Assembly (NCBI GenBank): GCA_002811645.1
Contig: PDIP01000014.1
Location: forward strand, 121,633-185,632
Source: Corallochytrium limacisporum Hawaii
Taxonomy: Eukaryota; Protista; Pluriformea
Direction: 5' to 3'
DNA length: 64,000 bases
In this document: one piece after another, positions 11,678 to 22,571 of the stretch
Layout of the letters: the number at the start of each line of letters is the position of its first letter
Numbering within the stretch: position 1 is the first letter of the stretch
The notes under the pieces: model-generated
The model's input: only the letters and a program-made list of their open reading frames with translations
Told to the model about the DNA's origin: nothing
The model's database searches: none
Position numbers and translations under genes: made by a program

Positions 11678-14600
11678 TTAAAACAATAGCGTCTCCTGTG
11701 CGGAACCCCACTGTAGTGACTTGTTCTGGGAAAAAGGGGCCGTACCGTGATGACATCCTACTCATTTCTTTCATTCTCTGCGCGTCCCACCGGCGTGTCT
11801 TTGTGCTTTGAGAGAAAGGAATACGAGAAAATCCCGTGTTTGGTTCCTCTTGGGTGCTCACATTGTTTTCTTTTTCTAAGATTTCTTATTTAGGCCTTTG
11901 TGAACTGTGAATGCTGTGTGATTTTCAAGGGAAATGATGCCAATCAACGATAGTGAATTGGATACATGAGAAGTCATACAGTAGCAACTCACAGTCATTG
12001 ACTGTGACAAGTCTCACCAGATAGATTGAGATCAATGCCACAGTTCAGAGTGCCAACGGCAAGTGGAAATGTATGGTCTCGGGGGGGTTCGTTTGTGGTT
12101 GGTGTGTCCCAAATTTAAATACAATTGCCAACGGCAAAATGGGAGGGAGGATGTGGGGAATTGTACATATGGCTGAGAATGACATCAGTTTTATCACCAT
12201 GCTAGAACATGCCTATATACTTGAATTCCTTGAACCCAACCGACAGCCCCGAGGAACAGCAACATCTCTGCGATACACTAAGGAATCAGGCGTGGTTGTG
12301 TAGTTAGTGTTGTTTCTCCGGTTCTGCTCGGGTGTGGTTCGAGAAGTGTCCACGTAGTGTGAGAGAGAACGACGTCTCCTGCCAAACTAACCGCCACGAC
12401 GACCGAGCGCAGTGACCATGGAGTTCCAGATTCTGCCTCTTTGTTGTCCAAACACACAAACCAAGAACCTGACATGTTAGTGAAAATAAAATCTTCGGTG
12501 AACCAGCGCTTTGTCGTCTAGCGATACCGAAGCGGTTTCTGTCGGATGGCTTCTTTCTGTGCTGGTCAAGTTTAGGAACGCGTTCCGGAACGTCTGCAAA
12601 TTCCTTTAAAGCCTCGGAGATGTGACCACGGTGTTGGTCCCGCATGATGCTAGAATTGTTCCTCTCATGTCAGAGTGACGAAGGAATGTGGAAATTCCGC
12701 TCACAAGAACTGCATGAATGATATTCACGATGTGTCATGGTTGAAATAGACCGCGGATTTCGACCCGTTCCCTTAGTATTCCACGCTCCATTACTGGGTT
12801 CGGATGACTGCCTATTGCCTCTTTATTTACAATAAACACCGACAAGCACGAAGAATGCAAACTAGAGAGATTCGATTGCACCACCGAGGGGTCCGTACAC
12901 CACAAAGATATGCGCACTGTATTGCGGGCTAGAAGTTCTAATGCAGACCTAGTTTCTGTGGGCTTTGGAAAAGTATGACTTGCTTTTTCGACATGCCACA
13001 TTTATACTATACCGGTCACGAAAAAGCCTTGTAATCTGCCTTTCGCCGTCGTCTCTAAACTGATCCGTACATTCTCTTGGTCTTACCGCCATGGCTCATA
13101 CAAGATGACCGCAACCCATACTATTGAATATCGTTTATCCGTTTAAGATTTTTTTCTCTTTGTATTACTCCGAACTGCTGGTAACCACCTCCTCAGTGAT
13201 TTTAGCCAGTCAATGATTGGCGTGTTTACCCGGTCTCCCCCTGCAACGGGCATAAGAAGCTGTCGACAAGTAAACTCAGGAATTCAGGGATTGGGTGGGG
13301 TCTGTGTGTCTCGGAGAGAAAACGCACACAAAGAGAAATATTGTGAGGGGCAATTTTTTTTTAGTATGTCTAATACGTCCGAGGGAAAGAACACCGCGAT
13401 TTTTGCACTATCGTTGGTCCCCATATAAGGCAACAAAAATTTGAACCTCCTAGCTGCTCTGGTTGACGAAGAACAGTGGCAAGGAGGACGAAAAGTGTAA
13501 ACAAGAACAAAATTCGAATAGAGAAAGATGAGTAATTTCTAAGTTTTTTTGAAACGCCAGATTTGAAACGAAGAGACAGCAAAGGACAGTATTCCTGAAA
13601 ATGCCGGGTGCATGAGTCGAAGTCATCGGTGAGTACGCAGAACCTGTACTGGATCGTATGATCAAAGTAGAGAAACGAAGAGGAGATTGCACACACTTTT
13701 TGTCCTCACAAAGAGCACAATTCCCGATCGATCTCGGCGCGATTGAAGTATAAGTTCTACTGACTCTATCTGTCACACGGTTTGGTATCTTTTGGGAAGC
13801 GAGCATGGGATGCTGGAGAAAATGTGTTGGAACGGGCTATTTTGAGAGATATTGCTGCGGCTGGGGCGACCAAGTTTTCTTCCACGCCGGGGTTGTCTTA
13901 ACCCCATTGCTTTGTTAAGTATTACACGATTCTGTCGTCGCGGTCAATAGTCCTGTAGTGTATATATAGTTGGTATTACCGACATGAACAAGAGACGACA
14001 AGCCAGTGATGATGCAGACCGTTCCATCCGCTGCCGAGCTCGTATGCAAGATCCAATTGGATCGCGAGAAGCCAGAGCAGTGTTCCTATTGGACATGGCT
14101 TGTGCATTTCCTTCTAGTTCCAACAGAATTATAATATGTATACGAGGAAATTGGGAGGAAGTGTTTTTTGCAAGCCGTCTAGCTGCGTTGTTGTTGAATC
14201 ATCAACGGGACATCTGCAAAGGTATGTGTAAGTTACCCGTCGGATGGTGTGACACAGGTTGCCTGTGGAGAGCCGGGTAGTTCCCTGCGCCGGTCTGACC
14301 AGACGCCCACAAGCATCTGAGACACAAGCACCTGACTTTTATAGCACGAGCTCTACAAAGAGACGAATTTCGGAGCCAAGGTCACACGAGGAGCACGCAC
14401 TCTCTCTGGACAAGAGTTGGTTGCGTCAATGGCGCATTGTCTGTTATCACTCGTTCGAGTCCAATGAACGCTTTGCACTACTTAACATTAATAGGTCATG
14501 ATTTTGTCCATGTAAAGACTTTGCACATCCACTAGTACGCATATCGTGAACAAGTCCAGCGGTCAATCAGATGAGGGGATGTCAGCCTACCACCGCCATG

Positions 14601-16373
14601 TTTGAAGGGAGAGTGTTGCGTGTGAACAATGCATGTCGCGTTCTTGGATGGGTACACTTCCGTACGGAAGACGGTGCAACGTCTCGCTTGTGTTAATGCT
14701 CCGGTAAGACTATGTTCCTTGTCTACCAGCCGACATTCACTCACCGACCAACCGTTCCGATGATAGCATCCGCGCTGTGAGCAGCCGACGTTGGACGCTG
14801 AGGATGGCCAGAGAGAGAGCGAGAAAGAGGGCGGAAGGACGCGCACCCGAGAGGGGGGAAGGGGGGAAGGGGAAAACGATGAGAAAGGCGCTGTCAAAAA
14901 TTGCACAGAAAAAGGAGCGGCGGGAATACACACCAGGAAGTGTCGACTTTTCGGGGTGAAACAAAAGGGAGCTCAGAAGTGGTCAATTTTGGTCCTAAGA
15001 AGACACAGCTGGTGGGCATTGAAGTTGCCTGCGGGTTGGTATGGTTTCCCGGGTGCGATAGAGGTAGAAGATGAGGAAGACAACACTGTCAACAAACGAC
15101 AAATTTATCAACAAATATCGAGTCGTATCCACAGGCTATTACTGTTGCGTGAGTCAATCTCGCATCCGAACGCCTTCGGTGGTGTGCACACTTTCTCTTC
15201 ACATGCTATACTAGTTGTTGCTAATTTGATTCGCACTGCAACTACCCCTTACTTTTGGGAAGCACCGTTTGCAGTGTTAGTAATGAATTTTTTCGTTGTC
15301 GAAGTGAGCCAAGCTTATTCACTTGTGCGTACATTTGTTATGGTTCTCAATATTGCATCAAGCTTAAGTGCTTAATCAAGGGGTAGGCTTAGTGTTTCCC
15401 AGATACTCTCTCCACCATGTTTGGTCTTTGGGTCAACTTACACCTCCTGCCTATGAGCAAATTCAAGCCCACACTAAATGCATATCAGTTCTGATAGCCC
15501 TACTGGAGTTTGGGGCCAGCAGATGTCCATTACGCAACTGCCAGAAACCGGAAAAGTCCGTACTCTTCCATCATATACTGTATGTACAACGCGAGGCATT
15601 CTACAGTTTGGTGGGAGGGGAAGCCCTATGAATCGTGCAAAAAAAATACAGCGGCAGAGAAGAAGGATGACGGAACCTCTTTTGGCCGGACCGGGGACCG
15701 GACCTTCATCAAGGACATGGATAGGGGGGGAATGGTGGGGGACATACAGGTCTGTCACATAGTGACAGTAGGACATCCAAACACTTACAACCCCCTTTTA
15801 TACTGTCAATATGTGGTCATGGTCATTCTTCATCCCACTGTGCTAGCGCTATCTTTCTGTTTCCCTTGTGTGCCTGCTGCCTGTTTTCCGAGGGATGATG
15901 ACGGGCGACGGCGGTGTGAGGTGAGGGAATGCACGGAGAACACTTGGCGGGGGGAACAGGCCTTGTTCTTCGGTATCTTTGGAGGATGGTAGTGCTGGGC
16001 ATGGCCTTCGGTGCAGTCGCGGAACCAAGACAGAGATTCGGAATCGTGGATGTCCGCCCCAAATATCCATGCATTGTTTTGACCAATGGCAGAACGCGTG
16101 CTCCTCGGCGTTTAGTACCTGAAGGCAAAGTCTGTCAGCATTTCCTGGGAGTCAATACTTGTTCACCCACAATGTCTATTGCAACACAGCTGCGGAGAAA
16201 TGTGTAGTAATCAGGCGAGTGGGTCAGATATAGATATAAATGTAGTATGTATATATGTAAGAAATATATGCTCGTGGCTCGAACTTCTCAACTGCTGTCG
16301 AGCTTTTTTTTTATGCGAGAAAAGGGGGAGGGGGGGGGGGGGTATAATTTTTGTATACGTCTGGCGACGCCAT

Positions 16374-17384
16374 TTAGACGTCGCGGAAGTAAATGACCAT
16401 CTTCAGGTCGCTCTTAGAGTCCGAAATGACCTTCTTGCGAAGACCACCGAGCTTCTCAACCTTCTGAGGCTTACCAGTGGGTCCAGTGCACAACTCAGCC
16501 TCCTTGTAGAGCATGGCCTTGCGGTTGTATTGCCAGTAGGAGTCCTTCCACAGGTAGCCATCAGTCCACCGGCGGATACCACTACTGGACTCGGCGTAGA
16601 CATAGCCAAAGCCGCCATCAATTTGGCTCCGCTCGACTTCATTCAGGCGAGCGTGAGTCAGGCGACATTCGCCCCGCCGGGCCATAGCGAAGATGTATTC
16701 CGCCTCAACATGGCCATTTACGTAGCCAAAGAAGGAGGCATTGCCGGGCACATCGCTCATGTTGGGTCCCAGGATCATGACCTTGCAGTCACTTTCGACG
16801 TACATCATGCTGGCGTCGCTGTTCTGCAGGAGTCCTTCGTACTTGGCAAGCACAGCTGGGTTCTTCCTAGCAATAGAAACAGATGAACTGCGAGTTGATG
16901 AGCGAGGCTCAGCAGTGTAGGTGGGAATGTGTGTTGAAGGATAAGTCATGCGAGTAGCATGATGAGGCAGGCGTACCATGCAAGCAGCCTGTACCAAGTC
17001 ATCGAGACGAGACTTCTTTGCCAGACTGTCGGTTTCCTCGTCGGAGCGCAAACGCTTCAGGGATGGTGAACTCACAGTAGACAGATCGTCGACCAGATCC
17101 TCAGTAGGAGGCATATCGCTCAGGCTGTGACGAAGTGTGTTAACGCTGCTCGGTACAGGGGAAATGTAGTCGAAGTTAGCGTACGAGTTCTGCATGTAGT
17201 AATCGGCAGAGGAATACCAGCTCTCATATCCACGAGGCTCGAAGTGAACGTCGTAGTTGTTGTACTGCTGTTGACTGTACTGCGGGTAGACATCGTGGGC
17301 AGGGCTGGGCTGAGCGGAGAGCTTCTGCTGCTCGGCAGCGGGAGATCCGCTCGTGGCGCTAGTGTGATCGTAGCCGAACTCCAT
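16374..17384 (-). CDS. Gti1/Pac2 (WOPR-domain) transcription factor
   Basis: The C-terminal ~120 aa (16374-16736) read SFFGYV...EAEYIFAMARRG...RLNEVERSQI..G.GYVYAESSSGIRRWTDG..W...LYKE...GGLRKKVIS...MVIYF. This matches the WOPR pattern FxGYV...RR....ER..I.SG..FV..E..SGIKRWTDG..W...YRE...GL.KKT.S...LVSYY. The N-terminus is Y/S/Q-rich with an NLS-like LKRLR...KKSR. Confidence 0.88.
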   Translation of the reverse strand: MEFGYDHTSATSGSPAAEQQKLSAQPSPAHDVYPQYSQQQYNNYDVHFEPRGYESWYSSADYYMQNSYANFDYISPVPSSVNTLRHSLSDMPPTEDLVDDLSTVSSPSLKRLRSDEETDSLAKKSRLDDLVQAACMVRLPHHATRMTYPSTHIPTYTAEPRSSTRSSSVSIARKNPAVLAKYEGLLQNSDASMMYVESDCKVMILGPNMSDVPGNASFFGYVNGHVEAEYIFAMARRGECRLTHARLNEVERSQIDGGFGYVYAESSSGIRRWTDGYLWKDSYWQYNRKAMLYKEAELCTGPTGKPQKVEKLGGLRKKVISDSKSDLKMVIYFRDV

Positions 17385-17675
17385 TGTGATAGCTTAGTAG
17401 AGTGCAAGAGGAACACTTTCCTTACTATAAAGATCTTGTGCTTAAAGTAGCAGATGTGCAACTGTAGTCCTGGACACCTGATTGTGGTCTCCCTGAAGTA
17501 ACTGTGTGTCTCAAACTGCCAGTTTGCTAGTAAGTGTTTGAATTGCCTGTCGTCCTGGCAGATACCAATACCCCGGGTAGTGACCATGCTAAAGCAAAGG
17601 ATAACAGTCTTCTTGGCAACCTCGTCCTTACGACTTTCCCCGTTTCAAGTCCTAAAGCCACTCGCATTCGCAAAG

Positions 17676-17852
17676 AGCCCCTCTCCTTTCCTTCTTTCCT
17701 CTCCCCTGCCACCCCTGATGTCCTTCGCTCCTCCTTTCCCCTTTCCCTTCCCCCCTTTCCCCTCGGTCGGCCCTTTCCCCTCCCCCTTTCCCCTTTCCCC
17801 CTTTCCCACTCTAGTCCCTGGTATCTTTCAGCCTGCTGCTCTCCCACTCTCC
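17676..17852. repeat. Polypyrimidine/polypurine tract (CCCTTT-like units; G-quadruplex/H-DNA potential) upstream of the WOPR gene
   Basis: Many C3-C5 runs separated by TT/TTT, e.g. ccctttcccctccccctttccccctttcccc. G-rich on the WOPR sense strand, about 300-470 bp upstream of its ATG. Confidence 0.75.
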
Positions 17853-20800
17853 TGACGGTTTTGCAAAGACCAAGAAGAGGCGCCGCCCTTCGGAGGTGGG
17901 GGGAAAGGGACGACCAGTAGTAGGATACCCTTCAATGACATGCACAAGTGGGTGCGGCTCTCGCAATACCGGGTCGGTCAAGTGAACGAGAAAACGAACT
18001 GCATGTGGCTGTTTTCCCAATACAGAAACTACTGAGGTAACGGTGAACTACGAGACGGTTTACCCTGCTCCGCACGGGCGTCGGGATTTTGAAGATAGAC
18101 AGGTGAGCAGGGATGTGGTTTTGCGGCACAGTCAGCCGAATACTGCGTCGCTGGTTATCCAGCGAGGGTATTAGCCACACTATTAACGGCATTGACATTC
18201 CGTGAATGCAATGCCCCCCGGGGGGGAATTCGGGATTCCTCGCGTAGAGTGTTCTTCTCATGCTCCGGTCGGTCGCCCGTTGTGATGGCTTGTTTCAGTC
18301 AATTCCCGTTTTTTCTAACTTTTGTAGAATGGAATGTAGAAAGGAAGGGGACCACTTTTCGATGGGGAGGGTCGAGAAGTGCCTTCCTTCGTCTCCCGCT
18401 CTCTTCCTCCCCCTCTCTCTCTCTCTTTGTGAGTGCTGTCTCTGTCTCTGACTCCCTTTCCTCACACCCTCTCTGCTCCTTTCCCCCCCCTTGTCCACGT
18501 CCCAAGCCCCTCTCACAGTTTCCTTTGAAGGGTCAATTCGTTCATGGTCACTCTGTATGATGCAGAAGAAGCAGTAGTTCTCTTCTGAGTCCCCCGTTAC
18601 CAGCGCACACCACTTGATCCGGGGATAAGACAAGTACTAAAACCACAGCCCTCGACAACCCTTTGGGTAGAGCGATTTACCCCGGCCCTCTCTGCCAACA
18701 TCCATCCTCCCCCGGTCGTGTTGGGGTACTGGGGACCGATTCAGCAGCCCAATGGCACATGGAACGTAGGTGCAGAAGGTGATTATGGCATCATCCAACT
18801 CAATAGCCTCAGAGGTCAGAGGCAATCAGTCATGGTAGTACGCTGCGTCTACATTTGGTAGGCACAGGTGGTAATAGACTTCTGCTCGAGGAGCTTTGTC
18901 GAGGACTGGAAGCCGGAAGCGGGGGACAATCCAGTCCAGTGACTCAAACATATTCAGCACAACAGTACTGCCAAAGGCGAACAGTGGCAGAGAAGCCAAC
19001 CACTTTGAAACTGTCAGAAAATTCTCTTCACGCTTTGCCGTTGCTGGAGACAAATACAGCGGTGAAATTGCTCTGTATCCATGTTTTGCAAGAGGGTCAC
19101 CCCCTTTGCCTCTGGTTCGTCCCCCGTCCCGACAGCCATTGCGAGGGGAAAGGACCGTCGGGAGAGGGGAAAGGTAGCTTACGTGCGGGCTACACCAAGT
19201 CAACTCACGCTGGTGACTACTCCACACATATCAGGACACTGATTTCCGGGCATACGTCAAGGCACTACCCGTGCACATCCCACCTCTAAATCGACCTGCT
19301 CTGATTCATCCCATTACACCGTTTAATAGATGCCAGAGCCAGAGCCAGAGCCGGGTTGGCTCTTTGTTCGCTGCTGTTGGTGGGTTTGTCGATCACTATT
19401 GGAATCCCTTCCACTCCGCATTCGTTTCGCTGTCGGACCATTGTGGTGTCTGTCAGGTGGCGCTAGTGGCCACGTCCATCCTCTCCCGCCGTCCTCCACA
19501 GAACGCTGTGCACTGTCGCAGAGGAAAGGGCACGCAGGAATCCACCGCTACTGAGTTAACTGCTTCTTTTGTCCCCCCACGATTGAGAAAGCGGCGAGAG
19601 ATTTGGCCATGGTAGCTCCACCACCAGCAGCCCCGCCCGAGCAGTCATGGAGACTGAAGGGCCCTCCCCTCAATTCATTGTTTGGTTTCTCCGTTCAGAA
19701 CTGGGCGATGGTGGTCTACCATTGACACGGTGCGAAAGGACCCTGGGGATACAGGAAAAACTGGCGATCTTGCTGGCGATAGGGATTCTATCCCACTAGT
19801 GAACTATACTACGAGGGGGGGGGGGGGGTCGAATTTACCAAGGTACCCCACTGGTTGGCAGACCGGGTTCCCAGCTGAGATGACCGCAGTTCTGGTCGTA
19901 CATCATATACCTAGTGGTCGGTTGCTGACATCCACAGGTCTCCAACGTCCCTACACTAAAGGCAGTTCATCAAGAGCTCTGCGCTACCGGGCTCAGATAT
20001 CTCGCGGGTGGTTCCAGTTTTCAACATCGCGGGTGGAAAGTCAGATGGCTGTATCTGAAGTGTTCTTTCGCGATAACCATGTGTGTCTATGAGATGGACG
20101 GATAACTGAATCGCGTTGTTTGTGTTGTATACTGGAGATAGGTCCTAGGATTTATGCAACGAATCACAGCGCTCCAAGCGTGTTTCCCGCATCATGGATT
20201 CTACTACTATCTGGGTCATTCATTCATTCATGCCCTGAGAAAGGTGATCAGGTGCCTGCACAGGGAATGTGTGTGCAAAAATGTGATCCAGAAAGATACG
20301 GAAATGACAGCTGGACTTTCGCATGCCTCGAGATTGACACCGCCCCAGGGGGGTGGTTTGCATAGAAAATTGATTGTTTTCGGGAAGGCAAGGTCGGGGC
20401 CTGAGACTCGCTATCCACACAAGGTCACCACCGCAAGCATGAGCAATAAACACTCCGTTCCATCTACATCTTCATTAAGTTCACAGAAGCAGAATCATTT
20501 CTGAAACCACTCGCTGACAATTATTCCAGAAAGCTTGCTGAGATTTCAAGAACTGTACATGATGTGCTTGGATGTTCACAATGGCAGCCACCATCCCAAT
20601 AGAAGGACCCACTATGTCATTCCCAGTCCCCACGATGACGCAGGGATCAAGAGTGGCCTTGACCAGACAGAAGGAGCATATCGCCATCTGCCTGTTCTTG
20701 CAGTACTCAAAATGAATCTGTGCGCCTATCGATGTACCGCACAGTCCCCGCTTCAACGTCACACCAGATGGCTGCGTTTGCCCCACTGGTGAGCATCATC

Positions 20801-22571
20801 CGGGTCCAGAAACGCTCTAGCCCTTCAGCTACTAATTCCAGTACTTGATGGAGTGGATCATGGGGGTGTAATGTTGTCATGACAAGCCAATTTAACATTA
20901 TGTCCATGATCTGCGACAATCATATACAGATGCAGCATCCTCGTCGATAGTTGAGCGGAATATATTACTACCAAAACAAACTACAAGGAAACCGGTTGGC
21001 GCGATCAACATTTCTGTTGTACAACTGTAAACGGAAGATATAGTTCTTTAGAAGAATGGAACGGGGCCACCATCACCTTCAGGAGTCTACCCCCGGCCCA
21101 GAGGATCCATGCTTCTCAAAGAGAGGCCTATCGACCCGATTCTGAGTAGTGCGGTACGGGGACGAGAACTTAGTAGTAAGAGATGGGACACTCATAGAAA
21201 AACAATGCGGCTGGTGCGGAAACATAAGGGTCTGCAAGGAGCTACCCAGGAGATCAGTCACTATGAACACCATTGCTGTTGACATGGCTCCCGGCGGGTT
21301 TGAACCATGGTCGGTGCTCCTATGCTGTACTGTTCATGTACACACAGCAGTCAATCCTTCTCAACAGTCTAGTCTGCCTCATTCGATGCAGTAGATCTGG
21401 ACCCGAACCGGTGTCCTGGGACTGCAATCTCCTTTCATTGGGTCTCCAAAGCCAGATCTTAAGTTCTCTGGACTTCAAAGCCACAGCATGCTCTGTGTGA
21501 TACCGCTAAGTACAGTCTGTCCGAGCAGTTCACAAACCCGTCATGATAGGCAGGCACGCATTTGGTCCCCAACTTTAATGGCACTAGTCTACGCAAGATG
21601 CATTGCCTGCGCCAGAAGCTCTGTGCCGGTCATGCGCACCCCCTCTCATTCCCGGGCCTTTTCTCTGCTTCTTCGAATCACTCAGGATATTTCGCAGACA
21701 CCACAAAAAGGCCCTTGTATATTTACAGGCAACATTGATATTCAAGTTTCTACTACTTTTCCTCATTGATTTACTTCTGTGTGTGATGTGAATACTGCTA
21801 CGTGACTGCGTATTTCGAATCAATTGATTCCAAGGTGTTGATCAAAACATCTTTCGAAGTAGTTTCAGGGCAAATTGTGAGTGTTGACCCAGTGATGTTT
21901 TGGTTGGAGGCGAGGAGCACACCAAACGGGCGGAGTCGTAATACAATCGGTGAAGTGCCGGAAGGATGGGACGGGATTCGGGATGTTTTCTTTTGGTAGA
22001 GCCCCTGGGGTTGGATGGATCACGCTATGACGGCTGTTTTTGTGTTGTGGGCACTCTCATGCGGCCTGTCCACTGTGGCCCCTTGCTCCGCTTTCTTCGA
22101 CTGTAGATACTGACTACGTCTGCTGATCCAGCCCAAACTTTTATTTTGGTGGTTTTATTTTGTTTTCGGTTCTGGAACCCTATACACTCACTATAGTACG
22201 AAAAGGGGAGGTTCTTCCACATCATCGCCACAGTCCGGTGATGTTGACTCCACGCACAGCCCCATAAAAGTAAAAACTTCCGCAACTGTGTTTCTACACA
22301 CAGCTTCAATGGCCTTGCCCTTCTGGGGTGGGTGGGCTTCAGAAGGAGTGCAATGACCTTCATCGCTACTGTGATGGCACATCACACTCCTCGGGTTTAA
22401 ATCAGGTATTTTCTGGAGTCAGATACGCCACCTGAGTAGTATCCAAACGATTTTGATTGTAGTGGTCCCAGTCATTCGGATAGCATGTAATTATTGTGAG
22501 GTGGTCCCAAACAACTTAAGCAATGGTTTGAAATCTTTGAAGAGAGGACAAGTGACAGACCATTGGCTGCC

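Noticed and set aside
16179-16886. 235-aa plus-strand ORF overlapping the WOPR gene (also 57966-58661, 23379-24005, 79-474 and similar)
   Set aside because: Antisense shadows of real CDSs on the opposite strand, with no independent protein features.
18214-18226. Recurring CnGn palindromes (also 5697-5708 and 40125-40133)
   Set aside because: Only three copies, in DNA already rich in C and G homopolymers.
21283-21315. tRNA-like 3' half on the minus strand (GGTTCAAACC...GGGAGCCA)
   Set aside because: The T-stem does not pair and there is no matching 5' acceptor strand or D-arm.
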